In this document: piece by piece, positions 1-9,083 of the stretch
How the letters are laid out: each line of letters opens with the position of its first letter
How positions within the stretch are numbered: the first letter of the stretch is position 1
Assembly (NCBI GenBank): GCA_965249485.1
Contig: OZ252239.1
Span: 1,760,001 to 1,824,000, forward strand
Length of the DNA: 64,000 bases
Source: a bacterium
GTDB taxonomy: Bacteria > SM23-31
Direction: 5' to 3'
Made by a program: the position numbers and the translations under genes
The notes under the pieces: generated by a model
Databases searched by the model: none
Told to the model about the DNA's origin: nothing
The model's input: only the letters and a program-made list of their open reading frames with translations

Positions 1-67
1 AGGAATCTGCGGAAAGTTATTCACGAGTACTAATTCAATGATGTTCCTGGTCGATGTAATACTCTCA

Positions 68-823
68 TCAAAACTTATTATACACGCCTACAACTTTGTG
101 AATGAATACGAAATCTTTTGATTTATATTCCCGGCTGTTCAAGCCGTCAATATCAACAGAGTCTTTATTATCTGGCTCGAGGTGCACAGTTTTACCAACT
201 TGCCGGAATCGTTTTACACCGGCATTGCCACCTTTTAACCTGAATACGACAATTGAATTGTTGTGAAGTTCTGAAGAAGGGGAGACTATGACATAGTCTC
301 CTTCGTTTAAAGTGGGAACCATTGAGTCCCCTGTAACCACCAACGCATACGCGTTTTCGTCCTTAATATCAGCCATGACATATTCCTCCGAGAAACGTAC
401 CGGGTAATCTTGATCTGTAAAATCAACTACGTCACCAGCCGGGATTTTATTAAGGACAGGGACTTTCCGGGTGAACACGGGGTTTAATTCGTTACCCCAA
501 TCTTGCCCGGAATCATGAACTGAAGAATGCTTACTATTATATTTAACGGCATCTTTTTTTGAATGTTCAATATATGTTTCATTATTTATGCGACTTGAGT
601 TATTGTGGTAGAGGCTATCGGTTGTGACACCGAGGGTGGTTGCTAGTTTATATAATGTTTGGGGGTGAATTGCTTTTCTTTCATTACCATGTCTATCTTT
701 ACCAGACTCAATAAATACGAGGTTGGAATAATCAATTTTTGATTTTTCGGATAACTTTTTGAGAGATAATCCTTGAGTAATTCTCAATAATTTGATATTT
801 TCGCCAATTTTTTTCACGTCCAT
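68..823 (-). CDS. Phage CI/LexA-like repressor (XRE HTH + S24 autopeptidase)
   Basis: N-terminal HTH (IGENIKLLRITQGLSLKKLSEKS), IPAG cleavage-type motif, 'VTGDSMVP' catalytic Ser and 'VKR' Lys of S24; start taken at ATG 823. Confidence 0.9.
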   Translation of the reverse strand: MDVKKIGENIKLLRITQGLSLKKLSEKSKIDYSNLVFIESGKDRHGNERKAIHPQTLYKLATTLGVTTDSLYHNNSSRINNETYIEHSKKDAVKYNSKHSSVHDSGQDWGNELNPVFTRKVPVLNKIPAGDVVDFTDQDYPVRFSEEYVMADIKDENAYALVVTGDSMVPTLNEGDYVIVSPSSELHNNSIVVFRLKGGNAGVKRFRQVGKTVHLEPDNKDSVDIDGLNSREYKSKDFVFIHKVVGVYNKF

Positions 824-862
824 AATACTTACCAAAAACAACAGTTTACATATTTATTCCAT

Positions 863-918
863 AAAAAGTTGTATATTAATAATAAAATTATTAAATGTTA
901 GTCGATCATACAATTTTT
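863..918. promoter_or_regulatory. Candidate cI/cro operator and divergent promoter region
   Basis: Perfect inverted repeat TTAATAAT-aaa-ATTATTAA at 876-894, flanked by an outer imperfect inverted pair AAAAAGTTGTAT / ATACAATTTTT, between divergent HTH genes. Confidence 0.5.
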
Positions 919-946
919 GCAGGCAAAAATCAACAGGAAAATACAC

Positions 947-1156
947 ATGATTAACAATACACTAAAAGCCAGGATAATCGAAAAGTTCGGTTCTCAGGCC
1001 GATTTCGCTCAAGCAGTGGGAAATTTCGAACCCGTGATTTCACGTGTTATTCGTGGCAGAACATTTCTTTCTGATGAAGACCAAATCCGTTGGGCTGAAT
1101 TGCTCGATTGTAAACCGGCAGATATATTTATTTTACACAATAAAATTTCGGCATAA
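947..1156 (+). CDS. Cro-like XRE HTH protein
   Basis: Small HTH (FGSQADFAQAVG...ISRVIRG...WAELLDC) divergent from the repressor. Confidence 0.8.
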   Translation: MINNTLKARIIEKFGSQADFAQAVGNFEPVISRVIRGRTFLSDEDQIRWAELLDCKPADIFILHNKISA

Positions 1157-1343
1157 CAGTATCAACTAAAAATCATCATAGTGTTGCGAGGTGTATTATG
1201 GATATGATTAACAAATTTGACTACCACAAAGAAAAAGTTGATGAGCTACAGAAATTGGAAATCATCAAGAGTAAAATCGCTTAGTGAGGAAGTGTTAAAT
1301 TTGATTTTCGGAACAAAGCAATGGATTATGAAAAAGTGTCAGA

Positions 1344-2197
1344 TTGTCAGTTCAAGAAATTATAGCTACTGAAGTTAGACAGCAAGTTGCTATGTATTCA
1401 GAAGTTTATCAGGAATATCTCAAATTGTGTAAGCAAAAAAAGCAATCCTTGCTTTCAAAAATAGGACAACTTGATAAAACACTCTCACGATTCTCTAAAA
1501 AACCAATCGGTTCAATATCAGTTAATTACTTTGAAAGCAAACTCAAAAATTTGCAAAAAATATTTTTATTGAGCGACAACATTTATAATCATTGTCTTAC
1601 TATTTTAAAAAGTATTTTCAATTCGAGAGTTGATATGGTATATGTGTCGAAGAGAACTGTTGAAAAATTAAAAAACATAAATCAAGACCGAAATTGATCG
1701 AAATTTCACGTTATTTTAGTACTAATGGAATTGAATAGATTTTATGTGGTGCAAAAGGATAAATTAAAGTGATCGTCGCATTCGACAATTATGCTGGTAT
1801 GAGAATTGGTGAAATTATATCGATAAATCGGTCAAGAGTTGATATTGAGAACGTAAAGTAGATTTATTATTCTTCAAAAACAAATGAAATTAGAATTATC
1901 ATATTTCGTCCAAATATTAAATTGTTTTTATCAAAATACATGGAATTATTAGGCAACGATTCTTCCTGCCTTTTTTATAAAGGAAGATACAATGGATATT
2001 TAGGTTATCTTAGAAAGCAATGGTATAAATTATTTAGAGAGGCGGGCATCAAGCGTGATGGAAGGGGATTTCACGATTTGAAGAGGTCTTTTGATACACA
2101 CTGTCATGAAAATGGAAAACTCGATGCCATTATAATAAAGTTTACCGGACAGAAGTCAGTACGTATGCTAGAAACTTTTGATTATACGGGTCAATAA
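1344..2197 (+). pseudogene. Tyrosine recombinase (integrase) pseudogene
   Basis: Fragments in several frames: box I 'YAGMRIGEI' (~1790-1815), 'SKTNEIR', box II 'GFHDLKRSF', degenerate 'TGQKSVRMLETF'; interrupted by stops and frameshifts. Assignment of 1344-1697 as the N-terminal part is positional. Confidence 0.75.
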
Positions 2198-2276
2198 AAC
2201 AGTGATATTATTGAAATGCAATAAAAAAACTTCAGTCTATAATAGGTGAAAATAACGCTAACTCAAAATAAATTTA

Positions 2277-2985
2277 GGGGCTTGACGAGATAACTTTAAG
2301 CGATTATCTTGTAAGTCAATGTCCCGTAATAAGTTATCAAAATATTATAAGCGAAAAATTCTTTTCTATTTTTCTCACGAATTAACGGCCACGCAAACGG
2401 CAAATTTACTCAAGATCAGCAGCAATACGATCAACCGGTATTACCGCGTCATTCGTGAGTGTATAGCTGAATATGAAGACCGTCAGATACACGAATTTGC
2501 AGGTGAAGTAGAACTAGATGAAAGCTACTTTAGCGGTTGTCATAAGGGCAATATAGGTCGTTGTACAAAGAGCAAAATACCAGTATTTGGTATACTCAAG
2601 CGAAACGGTATTGTCTATACACAGATCGTTCCGGATGTCTCAACAAGAACACTTAAGTCCATAATAAAACAAAAAATTAATACGGGAAGTACCCTCTACT
2701 CAGATTCCTGGAAAAGCTACCATGGCTTAGTGTTCTAAGGGTTTGAACATGTACGCATCAATCATGACAAAGAGCTTGTTGATAAACACAGAAACCATAT
2801 CAACGGGATCGAAAGCTTCTGGGCATATGTCAAAAACAAACTGACAAAATTTCATGGCATTCGTCCAGAACATTTTTATCTTTTCCTAAAAGAATATGAG
2901 TCCAGATTTAATAACCGAAATCAGAATATTAACAAATTACTGCAAAAAATTATCAATATTTAAAACCTTTACATTGTCTAGACCC
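2277..2985 (+). mobile_element. IS1595-family insertion sequence, IS1016-like (~709 bp)
   Basis: Imperfect TIRs GGGGCTTGACGAGATAA / GGGTCTAGACAATGTAA (reverse complement); near-identical 8-bp flanks TAAATTTA (2269-2276) and AAAATTTA (2986-2993). Confidence 0.8.
2319..2963 (+). pseudogene. IS1595/IS1016-type DDE transposase with in-frame stop
   Basis: GEVELDESYF, YSDSWKSY, then TAA at 2736 followed in frame by GFEHVRINH...NHINGIESFWAYVK...KEYESRFN. Confidence 0.85.
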
Positions 2986-3096
2986 AAAATTTATACTTAC
3001 TATTTTGGTAAAGTTTATACTCTAATATAATAAGGAGTGCAGATAAGGACAAATTAAAACCCCTCTAACTAGTTACAGTTAAGGGTTTAGACTTTG

Positions 3097-3139
3097 TGGC
3101 GCCTCCCAGATTCGAACTGGGGACACACGGATTTTCAGT
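3097..3139 (-). other. att core: 3' half of tRNA-Phe(GAA), not an intact tRNA
   Basis: Minus strand ACTGAAAATCCGTGTGTCCCCAGTTCGAATCTGGGAGGCGCCA has the anticodon loop, T-arm and acceptor 3' strand; 5' half absent; lies near the integrase remnant. Confidence 0.85.
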
Positions 3140-3210
3140 AAAGTAGCCATCAAAGTTCCTCACGTATTAACCTCAATATCTCACACTATTTTCGTTAATT
3201 TCATCGACTC

Positions 3211-3240
3211 TGTGTCAGGTTGTGACACGTTTTTGTCACA
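3211..3240. repeat. Candidate integrase arm-type sites
   Basis: TGTGTCA, TGTGACA, TTTGTCA at 10-11 bp spacing, about 70 bp from the tRNA-Phe core. Confidence 0.5.
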
Positions 3241-3258
3241 ATACAGAATGGGTGAATT

Positions 3259-3450
3259 ATGTCTAATGAAAAGATAAATTCTCTCCTCAAAAATGCTGTT
3301 CTTGGGCTTGGATTTGACATCTCCGAATTAAACGTCCGTTATACAGAAAGTGAGTTCACAGATACTATCAAGGGATTTGTTTGTGTCGATGGTGTGGAGT
3401 TCGCTTTTGACATTGAGGACGGCAGGGTTGAAAAATTGGAGACAACATAA
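3259..3450 (+). CDS. Small phage hypothetical protein
   Basis: ORF overlapping the next start (TAATG), phage early-gene context. Confidence 0.55.
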   Translation: MSNEKINSLLKNAVLGLGFDISELNVRYTESEFTDTIKGFVCVDGVEFAFDIEDGRVEKLETT

Positions 3451-3641
3451 TGTCTGATTTACCAACTATAAAATGTTCGGCTGACACTATCATTACCAGG
3501 TTCCAAGAACTCTGTGCGATGAAAAAACATCCAAAATTGGAATTCATAGGCGCACAAGAGACGCTTAGTGGCGAACCGCTTTACTTGTACAATTGTCTTT
3601 ATTGCGGAACTACGATCTGCGGCGATCCACCGGAGGAATAA
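3450..3641 (+). CDS. Small phage hypothetical protein with a CxxC motif
   Basis: YNCLYCGTT; coupled to the upstream ORF. Confidence 0.55.
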   Translation: MSDLPTIKCSADTIITRFQELCAMKKHPKLEFIGAQETLSGEPLYLYNCLYCGTTICGDPPEE

Positions 3642-3664
3642 TTGTTCAACACAATTAAGGATTT

Positions 3665-4030
3665 ATGTCAAGCGTTCGTGGTGATTGGAAAACGACGAAG
3701 ACGTTGTATCAAGCTCTTGATGCAGATATTCGGTTCGATTTCGATCCTTGTCCAACAGATCCAGAATTTGATGGGCTTTTGATTGAGTGGGGAAAATGTA
3801 ACTATGTCAATCCTTCTTACGGTCGGGTAACTGGTGATTGAATTATAAAGGCTTTTCAGAAATTGCATAAAAGTTATACGGTTGTGTTACTTTTTCCGAG
3901 TAGGACAGACACAAAATGGTGGCATGATTACATAATGGAAGCACGTCACACTAGATCAATTAGGAGGAGATTAAGATTTGATGACAATAACAATGGGTGT
4001 GCTCCATTTCCAAGCATAAGTAATTTTTGA
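3665..4030 (+). pseudogene. Phage N6-adenine DNA methyltransferase (Dam-like) pseudogene, missed by the ORF track
   Basis: Manual translation MSSVRGDWKT..FDFDPCP..DGLLIEWG..YVNPSYG..D*IIKAF..VVLLFPSRTDTKWWHDY..RRRLRF..APFPS; NPPY motif altered to NPSY, in-frame TGA at 3839. Confidence 0.8.
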
Positions 4031-4130
4031 CGGAATACCATAATGCAAATAGAATACAAACCTTCATTAACGGTACGGATAGTCGTGTGGCTGTTGAAGA
4101 TTATCAGTTGTGAGTATAAGGAGATTTGCC

Positions 4131-4337
4131 ATGTGGTACAATCTGACACGGAAACCACGTGTAAAGCTGACGTTCCTGCGGTCGCAGATAAGCAGGATCA
4201 CAGGAAATAAGCTTTGGTTTTACAAAGACAGACAGGGCAACCAGTACATGATGTGGAACGAAAGTTCCAGGCGGTACAATGATGACGGTTCGTACAGTAC
4301 GGTGAAAACGGAACGGTGGAGAAAGGCTGTTGCATGA
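4131..4337 (+). CDS. Phage hypothetical protein
   Basis: ORF with AGGAG RBS in the early operon. Confidence 0.5.
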   Translation: MWYNLTRKPRVKLTFLRSQISRITGNKLWFYKDRQGNQYMMWNESSRRYNDDGSYSTVKTERWRKAVA

Positions 4338-4431
4338 AACGCATATTCTACGACGCTCTTATAATTTTTTGTGCTGTGCATGTGGTTCACGCTTTTGATG
4401 TGGCTGCATGAAATATTAAGGGGAATGTGAT

Positions 4432-4617
4432 ATGATAGATAAACTGTATTATGAATGCATCGGCAGATTTCCGCCGAATCGACCAAAAACTGTCAGGTGC
4501 AAGGAATGCGGAGCAAAACTCGGTGAAGCTGATTTTGCGTATAGTAACCGGGCAACCTGCAGAAGGTGTGTCACTATTGTTAAAGCGAATGGACTCAAAA
4601 ATGAGGTTGCGGCATGA
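4432..4617 (+). CDS. Phage hypothetical Zn-finger protein
   Basis: CKEC...CRRC; ATGA overlap with the next ORF. Confidence 0.6.
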   Translation: MIDKLYYECIGRFPPNRPKTVRCKECGAKLGEADFAYSNRATCRRCVTIVKANGLKNEVAA

Positions 4618-4919
4618 ACAGGGAATATGAGGTGTGCCGAATTGCGGTTGAATGGCAGAATAATAGTTTCGGTGAATTTGATAAAACGATTATGAGGGCT
4701 ATTCAACACGCAGACAGCAGCAATATTACAAAGTTGTTTCGGGTGTATCCGTACCACGTTGAGGCGTTTCTGCGGTATCACAATTTGCACGATAATCCGC
4801 TCGGTGTTGCGTTCAGGGACAATCCAAGATGGTACAAGGAGACGGAGGAGGCGTTTTGGCATGATGTTGATATTAAGGAGGAGATGGCTGTCAATGGTTA
4901 TTGGGATGAGGAGGAATGA
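4614..4919 (+). CDS. Phage hypothetical protein
   Basis: ATGA overlaps at both ends, acidic C-terminus. Confidence 0.6.
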   Translation: MNREYEVCRIAVEWQNNSFGEFDKTIMRAIQHADSSNITKLFRVYPYHVEAFLRYHNLHDNPLGVAFRDNPRWYKETEEAFWHDVDIKEEMAVNGYWDEEE

Positions 4920-5128
4920 TGCTAAAATATTACGTTTTTGAGGTTTCTGACAATAAGGAGATGTGGGAGGAACGGGTGGATGCTATAAGTAAATGGGATG
5001 CCATGGAAAAGATTGGCCTGCGGCTGTACCGGCAGAATGTCAGTGTGTTGACTATGAAGTTATTGTATTGTTCAAAAATAGAAAGGGAGCCCGATGTCAG
5101 AGACGCAAGCTGTGAACAGTCTGCTTAA
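4916..5128 (+). CDS. Phage hypothetical protein
   Basis: Overlapping ORF in the early operon with GAGGAGG RBS. Confidence 0.55.
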   Translation: MMLKYYVFEVSDNKEMWEERVDAISKWDAMEKIGLRLYRQNVSVLTMKLLYCSKIEREPDVRDASCEQSA

Positions 5129-5933
5129 AAAGCTCCACACTATTATGGCGGAAGTTGATTTTATCAATACGGATACAAAGCATTCGTTGCACGGGTACGG
5201 ATATGCATCGGAGGAGTCCATTAAGAAGAGGTTACGCGGTAAGTTCGTTGAACATGGTGTGTTGTTCCAGCTGAACGCGTTCGGTATCGAAACGGAACGC
5301 AGGACGGATGAAAAGGGTACGGAGAATATAATCACTCATGTTGATTTCGGGTACAAGTTCATCGATGTTGCTACGGGTGAAACTCTTGAAGGCCAGTTTG
5401 TCGGATCGGGTGAGGATGCAGGTGAAAAGGGTGTGTATCAAGCCGTTACCAGCGCTATCAAGTATATACTGACATCGACGTTCCTGATACCGACGGGTGA
5501 CGATCCTGAAAGCGATGGTGACAACGGCACGACAACAGAAAGTCCAACTACCGAACAACGGGAGGGCAACGGCGTAAACGCGATACGATGTGATAAGTGT
5601 GGAAATGATATGATTGTCAAAAAACAAATGAGTACGGGGCACGAATATTATGGCTGCACCAATTACCCGGATTGCAAAAACACAAAGCCGATTAAGAAAG
5701 CATCTGACGACGGTAATGAATCGGTTTCACAGTTTGATACAGGTCTCGCGGAGGAGGTGTCACGGTTTTTTGATGAATTGGGTTTGACGGTTATTGAGAT
5801 TGCCGCTGAGCTTAAGCCGTTTGACATTGCTTCGGTATCTGATTTGCCGAAACTTTCCGATGTGCAACTGGAAAAACTTAAAAACAGATTGAGCGGTGAG
5901 CTCGATCAACACCTTACTATCACTGAAAGCTGA
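5094..5933 (+). CDS. ERF-family single-strand annealing recombinase with a topoisomerase-type C4 zinc ribbon
   Basis: ERF-like motif GSGED..EKGVYQAVTSAIKYIL..FLIPTGDDPE; CDKCGNDM...YYGCTNYPDCKNT. Confidence 0.8.
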   Translation: MSETQAVNSLLKKLHTIMAEVDFINTDTKHSLHGYGYASEESIKKRLRGKFVEHGVLFQLNAFGIETERRTDEKGTENIITHVDFGYKFIDVATGETLEGQFVGSGEDAGEKGVYQAVTSAIKYILTSTFLIPTGDDPESDGDNGTTTESPTTEQREGNGVNAIRCDKCGNDMIVKKQMSTGHEYYGCTNYPDCKNTKPIKKASDDGNESVSQFDTGLAEEVSRFFDELGLTVIEIAAELKPFDIASVSDLPKLSDVQLEKLKNRLSGELDQHLTITES

Positions 5934-5935
5934 TA

Positions 5936-6184
5936 ATGCGATATCCGGTCATCATACCAAGACAAGCGGTGCATGTATATTCACTCGGGAAGATCAAGCA
6001 CTCGCAGGAGCTTGAAAAACTCCGCATCATGGGCGGCCGTGACGATGAGTTGAGTCCGAAAGAGTTGTTGTGCAGACGGATTACGGACCGGGTGAAACAT
6101 AATGTGGCGATGAATAAGCGGTATAAATGGTTCTGGCAGCTGATGAAGGTTGATGTGGAATTCTTGAAGTGTTTGATTGAATAG
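5936..6184 (+). CDS. Phage hypothetical protein
   Basis: Starts 2 bp after the ERF stop. Confidence 0.5.
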   Translation: MRYPVIIPRQAVHVYSLGKIKHSQELEKLRIMGGRDDELSPKELLCRRITDRVKHNVAMNKRYKWFWQLMKVDVEFLKCLIE

Positions 6185-6498
6185 CCGGAGCGGTGAGCGG
6201 GCAGTATTCGCAGATTCGTGGTGGTATGAATCTCCTGATAACCACACACTGCCATAGTGAGTAAAAGGGCGAGATGGTTCGAATTCTGTCTCCGATGCGG
6301 AAGAGGGGTAGAGGAAGTGTGAATTGCCGTGAGTTGTTCCATGCAACAGTAAACATGTACCATATGGAATTGCATATTCCGGATATAACGGAAATCGGCG
6401 CTGGGTGTTGCCCCCTCTTTCCCTGGTATACATGGAAAATTATGAACAGTCAATCTATTTACAAACAGCAACATAAAACTCTTAATGGCGAGTTACGA

Positions 6499-7242
6499 AT
6501 GGTCAAGAGCAACGGTTTTATTGCACTTTACAGACAGATCAGAGAACACTGGATATGGGAAAAAGACAAGCCATTTTCAAAGGTTGAAGCATGGATTGAT
6601 TTGATTCTTGAAGCGGGTTATAAAGATCAACGGCGTGAGTATAAAGGGAATTTTTATGAGGTCAGGAGGGGTCAATTGTTGTACAGCTTGCGGTATCTGG
6701 CAAACCGTTGGAACTGGAGTAAGAATAAGGTTGACAGGTTTTTGTCGCTGTTGGAGTGTGATGCAATGATTGAACACAGACCGGGACACCATTTGGGATA
6801 CCTAACTATATGTAATTACAATAGATATAACCCTTCTTGGGACAGTAAAGGGGACACAAACGGGACGCATAAGGGACAGACACGGGACAAATATAACAAG
6901 AGAAACAATGGTAACATTTTAAACAATAATAAAGATATAAAAGGTTGTGTCGTTGAGGTTCTTGAATCGAGCCGTTTTTTCAATGGTATTGTATCACACA
7001 AAAATTTTGATGAGTGGCTTGATAATATTATTGATGAGTATCATGACATAGATATATGCGGCGAAATCAGGAAGGCGCATATCTATCTCATTAGTTCGGG
7101 GAAGCGATACAAAAAATATCAGCTGTTTCTCAGCAATTGGTTTAAGAATAGACAAAAGTTCGATCAAACGGATAACCGGAAACCGGAAAAAAAGGATGTG
7201 AGCAATGACTACCCAATTGATCTCATTGAAACGGGGACATAA
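6499..7242 (+). CDS. Phage replication initiator / replisome organiser
   Basis: N-terminal 'GFIALYRQI..HWIW..EAWIDLIL.A...RGQ..SLRYLA.RWNWS..KV.RFL' wHTH; internal iterons; followed by a DnaC-like gene; start taken at ATG 6499. Confidence 0.85.
   Translation: MVKSNGFIALYRQIREHWIWEKDKPFSKVEAWIDLILEAGYKDQRREYKGNFYEVRRGQLLYSLRYLANRWNWSKNKVDRFLSLLECDAMIEHRPGHHLGYLTICNYNRYNPSWDSKGDTNGTHKGQTRDKYNKRNNGNILNNNKDIKGCVVEVLESSRFFNGIVSHKNFDEWLDNIIDEYHDIDICGEIRKAHIYLISSGKRYKKYQLFLSNWFKNRQKFDQTDNRKPEKKDVSNDYPIDLIETGT
6783..6945 (+). repeat. Putative phage replication origin: GGGACA iterons plus AT-rich tract
   Basis: GGGAY(A/G) at 6783, 6795, 6839, 6851, 6862, 6873, 6884 (11-12 bp phasing), then an A-rich stretch. 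Confidence 0.75.
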
Positions 7243-7921
7243 ATCAGATCGGTTGTGTCCTTATTGTGACAAGGAACTGGTGTATGCAGTGACGCAAAAG
7301 GGGGTGGAGACTGAGGTTTGTTTTGATCCTGCCTGCATGGAGAAGGTGTATAGAGCGTTCATGCAGCGGCGTTCGGAAACGGTTCTGTACCGTCAGGGTG
7401 TCTTCGGAGATTATGTGAGGTGTACGTTTGAGAATTTTGAACATGGGACGTCGATTTGTGATGCATGCAGAGATTTTGCTGCGGATCCCCGATACGGATT
7501 AGTGTTGATCGGGGATACCGGCACGGGGAAAACGCATCTTGCGGCTGCAGTTACCCGGGCGATCGCTCAAAAAGGGGTCAGGAGGTTTTATTTTCGATCC
7601 ACTCTGGACATCATCCGGGAAATCAAGGATTCCTACAATGAAGATTCGCGATTTACGGAACTTGAATTAACAAAAAAATATTCCAATGCAGATTTCCTTG
7701 TGATTGATGATCTTGGAAGTGAGAAACATACAGAATGGAGTGCACAGACACTTTACTCATTGATAGAGGATAGAATAAAGGAGGCAAAGCCTACGGTGAT
7801 CACGACAAATTTAAGCCTGGGCACAATCGCGGATCAGATCAGCAAGAGGGTTGCAAGCAGACTTGCCAGGTACACCGTTATAAAAATCACTATGCCGGAT
7901 TACAGAATGAGGAGAGCATGA
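7205..7921 (+). CDS. DnaC/IstB-like AAA+ helicase loader
   Basis: Walker A GDTGTGKT, Walker B LVIDDLG, TVITTNL, SRL; N-terminal CxxC. Confidence 0.9.
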   Translation: MTTQLISLKRGHKSDRLCPYCDKELVYAVTQKGVETEVCFDPACMEKVYRAFMQRRSETVLYRQGVFGDYVRCTFENFEHGTSICDACRDFAADPRYGLVLIGDTGTGKTHLAAAVTRAIAQKGVRRFYFRSTLDIIREIKDSYNEDSRFTELELTKKYSNADFLVIDDLGSEKHTEWSAQTLYSLIEDRIKEAKPTVITTNLSLGTIADQISKRVASRLARYTVIKITMPDYRMRRA

Positions 7922-8161
7922 TTAATTGTGAACACAGCATGATTGAGGTTATCGGGATTCATAAAGACCACGATGACGAAACAACACCGTTGTACCTATG
8001 TCTTTGATAGAGGTCGATGCCATCGAGAGGTACAGGAAGAATGACGGATTATGGACGTTAGCGATATAAGAAAATACACGGCACGGCAGCGTGTGCTGGG
8101 AGTGTCCGGATGATCCAGATGTAATGCCGGGCGGTGGTGCTGATGATCTTCAGTACAGTAC

Positions 8162-8521
8162 TCAATGGGCATTTAGGATGTTCTCGACAAAAAGATATAA
8201 GAACAGTATGGAAATCAAGATGACTCCACTACAAAAAACGGTTGTGTTGAACAGTTTTCCTTTCAGGTTCAATTCACCTATAATCTGTAACTCGTTCATA
8301 TTCATCTTTACAGTAAATAGCGGTATGAAATTCAAAAGTATCGCTGCGACAGGACCGCCCATAATAAGAAGCGGATGGCTGACCCGATATATAAAATCAT
8401 TCGTTTCAATCCAGCCCAATTCGTATTGCAATATTCCTATGGCGACAAAAATGATGGTTGGAGAGATTAAGAGTAACCCTGCGATAGCAAGTATTTTTTT
8501 TATTGAGTATAGCGTGTTCAT
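8162..8521 (-). CDS. Small membrane protein (about 3 TM), moron-like
   Basis: Three hydrophobic segments; opposite strand to the phage backbone. Confidence 0.65.
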   Translation of the reverse strand: MNTLYSIKKILAIAGLLLISPTIIFVAIGILQYELGWIETNDFIYRVSHPLLIMGGPVAAILLNFIPLFTVKMNMNELQIIGELNLKGKLFNTTVFCSGVILISILFLYLFVENILNAH

Positions 8522-8752
8522 TCATTGTAGTTTCCTTTGATTTTACAACGCTGATACTTAATGATTTAATTTTTCTTATTCAATACAAATTTCATTTTTT
8601 GTCACCTGCATTATTATACGTGTGAACAGCTCAGTTGATTTAAGGTTTTTATCAAAAGTATCAATATGATACTCTCAAAAGCACAAACAATATAATCTAC
8701 ATTAATGGATTGAATATTATTTAGTTAATAATTAAGGAGAAACAGGGCGAGC

Positions 8753-9034
8753 ATGCACTACCAAAAGGGAGCGGATTATCTGGGATTTTTGGAGGACCTA
8801 CAACTACGGGGGCTTGTGGAGATGGCAGATGAAGCGGTGAAGTCAAAGGAGGAATATGATCTTTTTATCAAGAACTTAGCGATGTTTTGTAAGAAACGGC
8901 GGCGAAGTCATGTATTGAAACGGTATGAACGTTTGAAGAGGAACAAGTAGTACGATGAAGCTATTGCGTGTGTGGCCGACGAGGCAGGGTGGAGCAGTGG
9001 AACGATACGGCATGTGCTGGGGCGGAATCGGTGA
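8753..9034 (+). pseudogene. Mor-like HTH transcription activator, copy 1 (in-frame TAG at 8948)
   Basis: Reading continues past the stop as YDEAIACVADEAGWSSGTIRHVLGRNR (HTH-like); copy 2 has TAT at that codon. Confidence 0.6.
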
Positions 9035-9083
9035 GTTCGGTGAGATAAGGTATGTGTTTTATGACAGATAATAGGAAAAATTC

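Noticed and set aside
3097..3139. Functional tRNA-Phe gene (likewise tRNA-Pro at 53615-53659)
   Set aside because: The D-arm and 5' acceptor strand are absent; these are att-type 3' fragments
7927..8655. Possible sixth repeat pair (TGTGAACA..GATT..AGGTT) flanking the 8162..8521 membrane gene
   Set aside because: Only ~25 bp of gapped similarity; cannot be separated from chance by eye
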